A stretch of 64,000 nt of DNA from a virus: the IMG/VR virus record IMGVR_UViG_3300041955_000531. One strand, 5' to 3'. Each line of letters begins with the position of its first letter. Positions within the stretch are counted from its first letter, which is position 1. Below, one piece after another: positions 35,665 to 45,434 of this stretch. Below the pieces are notes generated by a model. That model did not search any database. It was given only the letters and a program-made list of their open reading frames with translations, and was not told the origin of the DNA. The position numbers and the translations under genes are program-made.

Positions 35665-38600
35665 ATGGCAACCTGGCACCAAAAGCATTTCTTTCACGTT
35701 CTCGACGTCGAGACCACAGGCCTGTCCGCTGGACATAAGAATACAGGCCTGCTCCAGATCTTCGCTTCAAAACTCCCTCCTTACGTAGCATCCCCGTTTC
35801 ACCCCACCACGTTAGTAAAACCCCGCACAGGATACACCGATCCTGTGAGCGGGGTTCACATTCCATTTGCATACAACTATGAGAAAGGTCAGCATGTTCT
35901 TTCTCAGGCCATGAAGCTTGGCCAGGAGAGTGAAGAAGAGTCAGCTCGACGCTTCTTTGCTTCCGCTGAAGAAGAGCTGTCTCGTAAGAAGCGTTTCCTG
36001 CTAACTGGCTGGAACGTCAAATATGATACTGGTGTGCTCACTGAGATCGCCAATCGTTATCCCAGCCTGCATGGATACAAAGACTTCTTCCAGCGCAAGG
36101 GGGTAAAGGTCTTCGGTCTGGAGCAGTCGTTCTTCGAACTTGCTTTGGGCTATGGTCAAGACAACCCAGAGTTCGCAGAACGTTACCTGCGTATGGGTCC
36201 TTCCACACCTATTACCAAGACTACAGGTCCTGGTATGCTGGCACGTAATGTTGAAGAGATGCAATGGGTGCCTGGCTGGAAGGTGGAGAATATTGCTGGA
36301 GCGGCTGGCGGGATGGAACGACTGCTGGGTCCTAAGCTGGCTGGGGCTGCTGGGTATCATGAGGCCGTGACTGACGTCAAGGTCGAGCAGACTCTCTTTG
36401 AGCGCCTGCGCACAGCCAGAAAGAATCTGCAGCGCGGTCACAGCTGGGAAGAAGCTCTTGGATCCGCACAACTCTTACCTGAAGGTGAGACTGCGGAGAC
36501 GTTCTTCTCCAAGATCTATGCCAACCCGTGGGCTGAGAAAGTAGCTGCTCAGGCTGAGCGTGGCGCCAAGGTCCTGCCCAAGAAGATGAGCGGTATAGGG
36601 AAGGGTCTTTCTCTCGCTCTTGTATTCGCCGGTGCAGCAACTGCAGCCTGGGCTATTGCTAGCAGCAAGCGAAGTGATCGCCAGACTCAGATCACTGGTC
36701 TCAGTGATACAGGTATGGCTGCTGACAGCCGTCATAAACTTACTGATTTCGGTTCAGGTTGGCAAGGACAAGATAATAGCCATACACTGCGACTGGCTAG
36801 TCTTCTGGTCGGTGGCGCCGCAGTCTTGGGAGCTCACAAGTTTGCTCTCGAGAACTGGTCTGGCTACGCAGAAGGAATCTATCAGTTTGCGAAGAAGATA
36901 GAGACTCGTTCTCCTGGTGCAATCTTTGGCACCTTCAGATTCTCTGAGCGAATGTCCAGCTACCTGCCTGAGGAAGTCTCCTTCAAGGCCGAGCAGTTGG
37001 TGCGTGGTTCAGAGCTTACCGAAATGGGTAAGCACATCCAGCGATTGATTGGTGTCAGCGCCCTGGATAAACGCTTTGCTAAAGAGGGAATGAGATTCAC
37101 TAGAACTTCAGCTTCCTCTCCATACTTGAGTTTGGTTGGTGGAAGAGGCGAATCTATTCGCTTTGCCCAGCGCGGACGGCTGACAGGTTCGGCTGCTTCG
37201 TTCGGTGGCCCACTCAAAGAACAGGTATTCCCTCGTACCCTGACTACTGAGGGTCCTCTGGCTGAGATGTGGGAGATGTTCCAGAATCTCCGCGGTAGTC
37301 AGAGACCAGGCACTCCTCTTACCAAAGGTCAGGCATTCAAGCAACAAGCTGGTGGAGAGTTCCGCTTCTTCGAACCTCTCTACGGCCGCAAGCCTGGATT
37401 CGTAGGTGGTGTAGAGTCTGCTTATAGAACAGGACAGCGTGCACTGTTTGAAGCTGCCGAGCGTCCTCTTCGCCTGCTGTCTGATATCGGTATGGGTCTG
37501 CCTAAAGGCTCATACAACAAGCTGTTCCACATCCCATTCCATGGCGAAGGTGGAATGCTCAATGCGTTGATGCTCAAGCGCGTGCTGCCTGCATATCTTG
37601 CTATCACGGCCGCGCGTTACATCAACTACCAGCTGGACAACAAACCAGCTGAGAAGCTCGCCGAGATACCACTCAAAGCTCACCTCGCTTGGGCGCGCGC
37701 AACAGATACAATCCCGGGTCTTCGTGCGATCACCGACAAGTATGAGGAGATCGTACCAGGTCCACAGTACGGTCCTGCAGCCATACCGATCGGTGCTGGT
37801 GCTATCGGTGCGGGTATTCACTGGTTCAACATCGCTCGCGGAGCAGAAGAGTTCCAAGTTCATGCTGCTCGAGCCGCTGCTTCTCGCAAGGCCTTCTGGA
37901 AGGGATTCGGTATAGGAGTCCTCATTGCTGCACCATTTATCCCTGGGATGATTGGCAGCCGCAAGACCGAAGACGAACTGCAACGTATCTACTCTGGTGA
38001 AGAAGAAGTTCCAGTCCGTGCAGGTCGTTGGTGGGATGTAGGTTCCACTCCATTCAGTGGCGGTCGCATCAAGTACTTCCGTCCGCACTGGTATCAGTTG
38101 ATGAAGTCCAAGGCCGAGATGGTCTCGACTTATGGATCAGAAGATGCTTATTGGGAACACCACCCACTGCTACATCCGTTCAAGTATATCAAGGATCCAT
38201 ACTGGCTAGAACGCGCGAACTATGCTAGCCGTCCGTATCCAATCACCTCGCCTGCGTTCTCCAACGTTCCTCTCATCGGTCCGTTGCTAGCTGCCACAAT
38301 CGGCCGCATCGTAAAGCCACCACAGAGAATGCACGAGGGCGAATGGGATATCAACAACTATACGTTGTATAGCCCACGTCTGGAACCCAACATGGAGTTG
38401 GGTGGTCTGCCGCCATCCAAGCCTCGTGAGGAGTTCGGCTTCAAGGATGTAGCTACCCGTGAAGCTGTGTCCTTCGCTGAATACACAGGTCTGCCTGGTT
38501 TCATTGCTACGACACTCTATGGCCAAGCAGGCCCACAAGGAACTCCTGGCAAGGATGTGATCCTGCAGGGCAGCCGCCAGATGACAAACCTGGCTCGCCA

Positions 38601-40584
38601 GTATTATCAGCGTGAGTTGGGTGCCGTGTCAGGTTTCAACCCGAGTGGAACAGGCGGCATGCCATTCGGCTATTCAGAACCTCTCCGCCGTTTCATTCAG
38701 CCTGATAAGCTAATGCCTCAGGCCAATGAAATCCCCAATACAATGCCTCGCTGGCTGCCTGGCGAAGACTACATGATCAACTTCCGTACTGGCGATCCGT
38801 TCGCCAAGATACCGGAAGGTGGTGCTCGTCTCCCAGGCCGTGGCTATGCCGCTCTGCACCCAGAACTCCGCGGGCTAAAGCCTGAAGACTATCCAGACAT
38901 TACTCGCTACAAGATCCTGGCTGACGTTGCTCCTTGGAGCAAGGAGTACATGATCTATCGTGCCAAGGTACGTGCGGCCGCACAGAAAGATCAGCGTACA
39001 GCGATTGAGTTTGCACGCACTGAAGACCAAGTGCGTCAGATGAAGGAATCCACGATCCAGATCCAGCAGCGTCGTTTCACTGCTCCGATCGAACAGCTTC
39101 AGGGTACAATCACCAAGGCTACACCAGAGGGTATAGAGCTGGAGCAATACCCGGGTCGTAAGTTCATGCTCAGTTCTCTGGGTATGTCCGCGGCTGATCT
39201 CTCAGCTATGACCCTCGGCGAGGAGAATGAACTTACCCGCTCTCAGAGTGCCAAGGCAGTTACAGATAAGCAAGCCGCTCTCGAAGAGTATCTGACTGGT
39301 CAGATTGGTATGCAGGCTACTCTTGTGGTTCCTAAGGGAACTGAGCAGCATGCTGCTGAAGCTCGTGCTGTCCTCTTCGTCGATAACGTTAACATCAACA
39401 AGGAGATCATAGACAAGGGTCTCGGTCAGTTCAGAAAGGACTATGGCGGAGCTGAAGCTCAAGCCATGTATTCCTCCACCCAGGTGGCTCTAGGTAAGTA
39501 TGCTGAGACTTTGTCTTTCACTGGTGAAGGTGGTCCTCTTCGTTTCGTCCCGACTCCATTCCATACTAAGTACTGGAATGAGCGCACAGCTCTGTCCCTT
39601 TATCAGGAGCAGGAAGTCTACGGTGCTCGTATGCGTAGATGGCAGCACCCGTTCCGTGATATGATTGCTCCATGGGCTCGTGGTGCGTACCGTCGTTTCA
39701 CTGGCGGTATGTTGGTGCCAGAGCAAGTTGAAAATCGCCGTCTGATGGACAGCTTGGTTGATCAGTTGGAATATCTGCGTGCAGATATCCAAGCAGGTGC
39801 ACATCCTGGGCAGAAAGGCAGGTATACTAGTCAGGGAAAGAGAACGAATATAGGTGCCAATCTATTTGGCAATCCTCAGTTTATCTCTCAAACCCTCCCT
39901 CGGCGCGAGAAGCTTTACTTCCCAGCATTCCTCCAAGAAACAGATCCGGAGAAGCGCCAGCAGATCCTACAATCTGTCTCTCCGGAACTAGCTCGAGCCC
40001 TTACTGCTCAGTGGGTAAAAACTGATGCTATACTTGCTCGCCTCGCGGGCAAGAGTGTGCCAGCCATTGAAGAAGGCGGAGTCCTCTACACAGAGGAAGG
40101 CCTCAAAGAGTATGAGCAAGCGAAAACAGACCTCAGCTATTCCGACTACATCCGTTCGAAACAAATCGCCGAAACCTTTGGCAAGCTCGGCTTTGATATC
40201 CCCGGTCCTGGTTCTCCGCTATGGGAGCAAGGCATTGACTATGAGGATGTCAAGCTTAAGATTATTCAGAACGAGGGCTATGATTACCACGACTTCAACA
40301 TCTACGACGACAGGGCAGCCCTCCTCTGGCGCAAGCCCTACATCGATGGAGCTGTTAGAGAGCTTGTTTCTAGCGGTTCACAACCTACAGAGCGCATACG
40401 ACAAACTGTGGAGCGTATTATCCTCGAGGGACAAGATAAGAATCCGCAAGTGGTCGCCTCGGGCGGTCCTAACCGAGTGGCAGGCTCCAACGTGTCTATA
40501 AACGTCGACGAACAGGGTGACAAAGAGGTTATGAGGGATATTCGCCGTAATGAGGACGAGTACCGGGAAGAGAGTACCAGCTAA
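35665..40584 (+). CDS. Tape-measure-like/ejected protein with an N-terminal DEDDh exonuclease and an internal SNase-like domain
   Basis: 1639 aa after the tail chaperones; LDVETTG, GWNVKYD and HEAVTD; several Gly/Ala hydrophobic helices; ARAVLFVDNVNINKEIIDKGLG. Confidence 0.75.
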   Translation: MATWHQKHFFHVLDVETTGLSAGHKNTGLLQIFASKLPPYVASPFHPTTLVKPRTGYTDPVSGVHIPFAYNYEKGQHVLSQAMKLGQESEEESARRFFASAEEELSRKKRFLLTGWNVKYDTGVLTEIANRYPSLHGYKDFFQRKGVKVFGLEQSFFELALGYGQDNPEFAERYLRMGPSTPITKTTGPGMLARNVEEMQWVPGWKVENIAGAAGGMERLLGPKLAGAAGYHEAVTDVKVEQTLFERLRTARKNLQRGHSWEEALGSAQLLPEGETAETFFSKIYANPWAEKVAAQAERGAKVLPKKMSGIGKGLSLALVFAGAATAAWAIASSKRSDRQTQITGLSDTGMAADSRHKLTDFGSGWQGQDNSHTLRLASLLVGGAAVLGAHKFALENWSGYAEGIYQFAKKIETRSPGAIFGTFRFSERMSSYLPEEVSFKAEQLVRGSELTEMGKHIQRLIGVSALDKRFAKEGMRFTRTSASSPYLSLVGGRGESIRFAQRGRLTGSAASFGGPLKEQVFPRTLTTEGPLAEMWEMFQNLRGSQRPGTPLTKGQAFKQQAGGEFRFFEPLYGRKPGFVGGVESAYRTGQRALFEAAERPLRLLSDIGMGLPKGSYNKLFHIPFHGEGGMLNALMLKRVLPAYLAITAARYINYQLDNKPAEKLAEIPLKAHLAWARATDTIPGLRAITDKYEEIVPGPQYGPAAIPIGAGAIGAGIHWFNIARGAEEFQVHAARAAASRKAFWKGFGIGVLIAAPFIPGMIGSRKTEDELQRIYSGEEEVPVRAGRWWDVGSTPFSGGRIKYFRPHWYQLMKSKAEMVSTYGSEDAYWEHHPLLHPFKYIKDPYWLERANYASRPYPITSPAFSNVPLIGPLLAATIGRIVKPPQRMHEGEWDINNYTLYSPRLEPNMELGGLPPSKPREEFGFKDVATREAVSFAEYTGLPGFIATTLYGQAGPQGTPGKDVILQGSRQMTNLARQYYQRELGAVSGFNPSGTGGMPFGYSEPLRRFIQPDKLMPQANEIPNTMPRWLPGEDYMINFRTGDPFAKIPEGGARLPGRGYAALHPELRGLKPEDYPDITRYKILADVAPWSKEYMIYRAKVRAAAQKDQRTAIEFARTEDQVRQMKESTIQIQQRRFTAPIEQLQGTITKATPEGIELEQYPGRKFMLSSLGMSAADLSAMTLGEENELTRSQSAKAVTDKQAALEEYLTGQIGMQATLVVPKGTEQHAAEARAVLFVDNVNINKEIIDKGLGQFRKDYGGAEAQAMYSSTQVALGKYAETLSFTGEGGPLRFVPTPFHTKYWNERTALSLYQEQEVYGARMRRWQHPFRDMIAPWARGAYRRFTGGMLVPEQVENRRLMDSLVDQLEYLRADIQAGAHPGQKGRYTSQGKRTNIGANLFGNPQFISQTLPRREKLYFPAFLQETDPEKRQQILQSVSPELARALTAQWVKTDAILARLAGKSVPAIEEGGVLYTEEGLKEYEQAKTDLSYSDYIRSKQIAETFGKLGFDIPGPGSPLWEQGIDYEDVKLKIIQNEGYDYHDFNIYDDRAALLWRKPYIDGAVRELVSSGSQPTERIRQTVERIILEGQDKNPQVVASGGPNRVAGSNVSINVDEQGDKEVMRDIRRNEDEYREESTS
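39823..39834 (+). promoter_or_regulatory. One-mismatch copy of the promoter-like motif (TATACTAGTCAG)
   Basis: GGTATACTAGTCAGGG, intragenic, about 830 nt upstream of the RNA polymerase-like gene. Confidence 0.35.
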
Positions 40585-40618
40585 ACTCCTAGAATGCCCC
40601 GTAAAGGGCCCTAGGAGT
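40585..40618 (+). other. Intergenic hairpin between the two giant genes
   Basis: ACTCCTAG pairs with CTAGGAGT, inner GCCC/GGGC; no U-tract. Confidence 0.55.
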
Positions 40619-40664
40619 CGATTAGAGCCATTAAATCAGTGAGATAGGACCAGACTACCAGATT

Positions 40665-43600
40665 ATGTTTACCGGGTTCCTAAAAGCCGTTAAAAGCCTT
40701 GCAACCGAACATCCAGGTGTGGCCTTTGCCACTGCCTTTGCCTCGGCTACGGCCCCTATTTTCCTTAGGGATGAGAACCGCGGTTACTTCCGGACTGCCG
40801 TCATAACTACCCCTATCGTAGCGGCTATGGGTCTTGCCGGCCCGGGCTTGGTAACATCTGCCTCCCGCACAGCTCGAGCTGGCATGCAGTTCGCACGTGA
40901 GATGCCTATGTTTTTTGGTAGCAATAAAGCTACTAGATTCAAGGACTTACGTTCAGCTCTGGAAAAGACAGGTGGGGGTGCAGGAGCTCTCAATCCCATC
41001 TTCCGTACCTGGGCCGACAATGCGGCCGTAGACTTCTTCAGCCAGGTTGACCGCGGTGGTCCACCGATCGAGAAGAGCATGGAGCAGGCGGAGAACCTCT
41101 TTCATGAGCTTCTGGGCATGTCCAACAAGCGTGATCTGCTTACCTATGCTGTGGAAGGCGCCAGACAGCGGGTAGCTTCTCCGTTAGATCTTACTAGAGT
41201 TGCGCGCGGAGGTCCTCTGGCCGGCATGGCAGAGTCAGAGCTCCGCGGTATCGTCAACGCCAATAGAGCTGATCCCCGCTTCGTCAAGGAGTTGAGCAGC
41301 CGTCTTGGCTGGGCCAAGAAGCTCAAGGATCTCGGTCCGTTTGCTAATCCACTCAAGATGAGCATGACTGGGAAGACTACCAGTATGGAGTGGCTGGAAG
41401 CTTATGGTCAGTTGCATGGTCAGCGTCCAGAAGTGGCTGATGCTATTCAGCGCGCGATCCGTCAGGGACAGGTGTCCTCTGCTACGGTCGTTGCCGAGCA
41501 GGTGGCAGATGGAACTGTCGGCCGCATGCTGGGTGTCAATATCAAGGGTCCAAAGGGCGAACTTCATATTCCTCTGTTTGATCCCAAGACAGGATCCGTC
41601 AACATTGAAGGCAAGGTTGGAGTCGGGCGCCACATTCACACACCAGAACGAGTATTCGAACTGGATACATTCGTTGCTGAACACCTGACTCAGGATTGGG
41701 GAAAGCTGAAAGGTGACATTGGTCGTGCTGCTTATTTCGGCGGCGTGGTCCCCGAAGACCCATTCAAGCTTCAAACACGTCTTGAATCTCAGCTTGCCAA
41801 CCTTTCTCCACAAGCTCTGTATATCCGTTCTCGTGCTGCTATTCCTAGCAGCTTGCCTGTTTATGGAGGCAAGGTATTTGAGGATCTGTCAGACCTGGAA
41901 CGGATCCAGTACACTATCAAGATGCTGGGTCGTGGTATGACTCGCATTGGTTCTGAGGGAGGCACATCGAAAGGTGTGTTCGAGTTCGCTGAATCGGAAC
42001 TCTACATCCCGGGAGGTGCGCCTTCGCTCGCTAAGCAAACGTATTTCTATAGATCCTTCACCAAGGACTTGCAGCTGAAAGCTGAGACCATTGGTGAGGA
42101 GTTCCGTCCAAGCTTTACAACCTCCGCGGTTGAATCCATCGGAGGCGTTCCGGAAATACAGATGTCCGTGGCTGGTGTGTCGCCACAACAGAAGTCGCTG
42201 TTCGGCGACTTGCCGAAAACAGCAGAAGGATTGGCTGGCTATAAAGAGACTGCTATCCAACGTATACTCGCCGACAATCCAAAGCTGACACGCGCCCAGG
42301 CAGAAGCTGCTTGGGGTAAGATCAGTGGTAAGCTCGGAGAGAAGGGCTACCTAGAGGCCGGTCGCGGCCTGGGTGGACTAGGTGAAGGTGACATCATCCT
42401 CCACGAGAAGTTCCGCCGGCTGAAGATGGAGTCGCGTAAGAACGTCTATGTCGACAAGCTCCATCTCAATCCCGAGGATTACATCAAAAAGTCTCTCAGC
42501 CCAGAGACACTAATCGGATTTGAGGGTTTGAATCCTGTCACATCGGAAGCTCCTTCTACATTCATAGAAGGCTGGTCCACTACGCCTAGCGGTCAGTTTG
42601 AGCTCAAGCTGCGTCAGGAGTATCCAGTCGAGACAGGAGCTAAGATAGACATCGCTGGTGTGAAGGGTTTGGCTATAGTACCCGAGGAAGACATCTTCCG
42701 TCGCCAGGTCGAGCTGTTGAATCTATACGGTGAGGCTACTGGGTCTAAGACTGCTATCCCTAGCTTTGTGGAAGCTCTAGCTCCGCTACACTACATGCAA
42801 GCTAAGACTAGCGATCCTTTCCGCCTTATGGTATCGCAAGCAGCTGCCGTGTCTAGCGACATTGCTGCTAACAGTGTGCATCTAAAGGCTGACTGGGCAA
42901 ATCTGGAAGCGTTGGATCGTGTCGATAAGTACATGGCTGATCTTGCTGCTCAGGGTATTCGTGCGCAGCGTACTGGTACTGGAAACAATGTCTTCCGTCT
43001 GCTCGAAGATTCGGAATACGTACGCAGCCTGGATCTGGAAGGCCGTCGACTCCGTATGCAATCGGTGGGACAGCTCACAGAAGACTACCTGCGTGATGTT
43101 GCTGGCTTTGCTCAGCGCGGTGCTCCTGGAACCGAGGGTGAACTCTTCTCTGCCTTCAGACGCAGTGGTGAAGAAAGTCTGATGAACTACATGCAGAAGA
43201 ACGCCATGTTCTCCTTTGCGGCGTTCTGGGATAGCACTCGCCGTAATGTACCTCAGATGGTCGGCGCCACATACGATATGTTCTCCGAGATGTGGAGAGC
43301 TGGTAATGTGGAAGGTATGCGGGAGTTGATGAGCCGCTTGGATTTCCATGGTGGAGATCCGGGAAGAGCTTCTGCTTTTGCTGCCCAGTTCGTAGGTGGT
43401 GACTTCACCAAGCCTCTGGGGACTGTTATCCCCATAGAGGAGGCTGCAGCCAATCTCAGAATAGGCATGATGGAAGGCCGAGTTGGAGGTATCTTTGATC
43501 CCTCAAACAAGCTCGTCCAAGAGAACTTTTCTATCAAGCTCGATCAGCCGGTGTATGCGCGTGTGGCTGGGCGTGACCTTGAGGTTACTCACATTCCTGT

Positions 43601-45434
43601 CCTGGGTAAGCTGGCACATGGCGGTGGTAGCAACCTCTATGAAAAGATTGGTGAGGGTCTTACTTATAGCCCCACGGATTATGAAAAGACACTGGCGGAT
43701 GTAGTCAAGTGGCAGAAGGATCCCGTCATGATGTCCGCGGCGATCTCTGCCCACCTCGATGAAGCTCAGCGTGTACTGTTCGGAAAGGAAGGATTCTACC
43801 GTGCCCGCGGCACAGATGTTCTGGGAGCTGTGTCTGGCTTCATTCAGACGCGCGCCCAGGAAAACCCATTTGAACTCCTTATCAATGAGCAGATGGCCGG
43901 CCGAGTCCGCGACCCTGAGATCCGTAAAGCATTACTCGCCGGAGAAGATATCTACGCTACGGCTGCTCGTCACCCTATTCAGTCAGCTCCTTACATGCGT
44001 GTGAAGGTGGCTCCTGATGCTGGCATGGGTCCTAACATGGTCGGTATGGATGAGCGCATCCGTGGCTTGTTCGGCGCCGATGATGATAAGGATATCCTGA
44101 ATCTGTTCTTCTATCGCAAGGGTTCTCAAGCCGAACGTGAAGCCCAAGCTGCTATCAATGCTCTGAATAGCAACCAGTGGAGAAGCCTGAAGACCCTTGA
44201 GATGCTGTACGGGAGCGTTGAAGACTCACGCAACATCGCAGAAGCTGGTGTGAAGACTCTGCCTTCTATGCTTGAAGAAAGTCTTAAGTTGGCTAGTGCA
44301 GGTGGAAGAGCAGAACAAGTCACACAGCGTATGGCTGGTGGTGTGGTTGGTGCTTACTCGAACTTGCTGACTCGTTTGTACATGAACGTCGAGATGCATC
44401 CTACGATCGGTGTGAAGCCGATGGAAAGAGATCTCCTCGGTCACATGCTGTGGACGATCCGTCAGGTACCTATCTCTGCCCAGAAGGGCAAGATGAAGTT
44501 GAATCCTGAGGATCCTCTGGGGTTGTACAGAAGACTGGTAGGTGGTTTGGAATCTCGCACGCCAGAAGGTGTGGCTAAGTTCACCGAAGGTATGAGAGAA
44601 GTCATCGCTGGTTACGGTAAGGAATCGATCATTACCGCAGAGACTGCTCCTTTGTTTGAAGAGCTTACTGGGATGAAGGTAGCTCCTGGCACTAAGCGGA
44701 ATGTCTTGATGGACGTGCTGGACTCCGAGAAGTTCCAAGGTACACTCTCCGAGTTTATCACAGGACGTAATGTTAGGGCAGATCGTGCTGCCGAGCTTCT
44801 GACTAAGGCAACTACGGATATGGAGGGTGATTCCCTCTATCGTCTGCAAGCTTTGTACAAGGAGATGGGTACGCCTCCTCCTTGGTTGATTGGCCTGGCG
44901 CGCGAGAAAGGCTCGGGGATGTCTGTATCCAAGGTCCTCGGAGCTATCAATGAAGGCCTCAAGAGTACTTATAGAGAGTCCAAAGGTAACCTAGGTGTTC
45001 TGGCTATTGGAGTCGGAGCCGCGGCTGTAGGAGCAGTTCTTACCAGCCATGTCAAGAAGGTTACTCCGACGCAGGCTACTTTCGGTCGGCCGCGTGGGAA
45101 CTTCAGACCAGAGACTACCGAGACTGTAACAGATCAAGTCCCGGGCGAGCCAATAACCGGTGCTATGTCTTCTGTTAACCCACCTCGTCGTCAGCTTCCT
45201 CTGCGTGGTGGTACATCTACAACGATCGTGGCGCCAATGCGCCAGCGTACAGATCTGGAAGTAAGAATGAAGGCTCAGAATCGCCAGGATACGATTGAAA
45301 TGCAACGTATGATTAGTCAGATCTCTGGCAATAATGGTGTATCAAATATCAATGTGAACTATCGCAACGGATGGAGAAACAAGATGAGTACTCTCCGCCG
45401 TCGTGAGACGATTCGAGAACAACTGGAATCCTAA
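40665..45434 (+). CDS. Candidate single-chain virion RNA polymerase (fused beta and beta' double-psi-barrel cores)
   Basis: Collinear motifs GEGDIILHEKF (aa 573), GAKIDIAGVKGLAIVPEED (aa 658), FGKEGFYR (G1040), RHP (aa 1102) and GADDDKD (aa 1137-1143). Confidence 0.75.
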   Translation: MFTGFLKAVKSLATEHPGVAFATAFASATAPIFLRDENRGYFRTAVITTPIVAAMGLAGPGLVTSASRTARAGMQFAREMPMFFGSNKATRFKDLRSALEKTGGGAGALNPIFRTWADNAAVDFFSQVDRGGPPIEKSMEQAENLFHELLGMSNKRDLLTYAVEGARQRVASPLDLTRVARGGPLAGMAESELRGIVNANRADPRFVKELSSRLGWAKKLKDLGPFANPLKMSMTGKTTSMEWLEAYGQLHGQRPEVADAIQRAIRQGQVSSATVVAEQVADGTVGRMLGVNIKGPKGELHIPLFDPKTGSVNIEGKVGVGRHIHTPERVFELDTFVAEHLTQDWGKLKGDIGRAAYFGGVVPEDPFKLQTRLESQLANLSPQALYIRSRAAIPSSLPVYGGKVFEDLSDLERIQYTIKMLGRGMTRIGSEGGTSKGVFEFAESELYIPGGAPSLAKQTYFYRSFTKDLQLKAETIGEEFRPSFTTSAVESIGGVPEIQMSVAGVSPQQKSLFGDLPKTAEGLAGYKETAIQRILADNPKLTRAQAEAAWGKISGKLGEKGYLEAGRGLGGLGEGDIILHEKFRRLKMESRKNVYVDKLHLNPEDYIKKSLSPETLIGFEGLNPVTSEAPSTFIEGWSTTPSGQFELKLRQEYPVETGAKIDIAGVKGLAIVPEEDIFRRQVELLNLYGEATGSKTAIPSFVEALAPLHYMQAKTSDPFRLMVSQAAAVSSDIAANSVHLKADWANLEALDRVDKYMADLAAQGIRAQRTGTGNNVFRLLEDSEYVRSLDLEGRRLRMQSVGQLTEDYLRDVAGFAQRGAPGTEGELFSAFRRSGEESLMNYMQKNAMFSFAAFWDSTRRNVPQMVGATYDMFSEMWRAGNVEGMRELMSRLDFHGGDPGRASAFAAQFVGGDFTKPLGTVIPIEEAAANLRIGMMEGRVGGIFDPSNKLVQENFSIKLDQPVYARVAGRDLEVTHIPVLGKLAHGGGSNLYEKIGEGLTYSPTDYEKTLADVVKWQKDPVMMSAAISAHLDEAQRVLFGKEGFYRARGTDVLGAVSGFIQTRAQENPFELLINEQMAGRVRDPEIRKALLAGEDIYATAARHPIQSAPYMRVKVAPDAGMGPNMVGMDERIRGLFGADDDKDILNLFFYRKGSQAEREAQAAINALNSNQWRSLKTLEMLYGSVEDSRNIAEAGVKTLPSMLEESLKLASAGGRAEQVTQRMAGGVVGAYSNLLTRLYMNVEMHPTIGVKPMERDLLGHMLWTIRQVPISAQKGKMKLNPEDPLGLYRRLVGGLESRTPEGVAKFTEGMREVIAGYGKESIITAETAPLFEELTGMKVAPGTKRNVLMDVLDSEKFQGTLSEFITGRNVRADRAAELLTKATTDMEGDSLYRLQALYKEMGTPPPWLIGLAREKGSGMSVSKVLGAINEGLKSTYRESKGNLGVLAIGVGAAAVGAVLTSHVKKVTPTQATFGRPRGNFRPETTETVTDQVPGEPITGAMSSVNPPRRQLPLRGGTSTTIVAPMRQRTDLEVRMKAQNRQDTIEMQRMISQISGNNGVSNINVNYRNGWRNKMSTLRRRETIREQLES

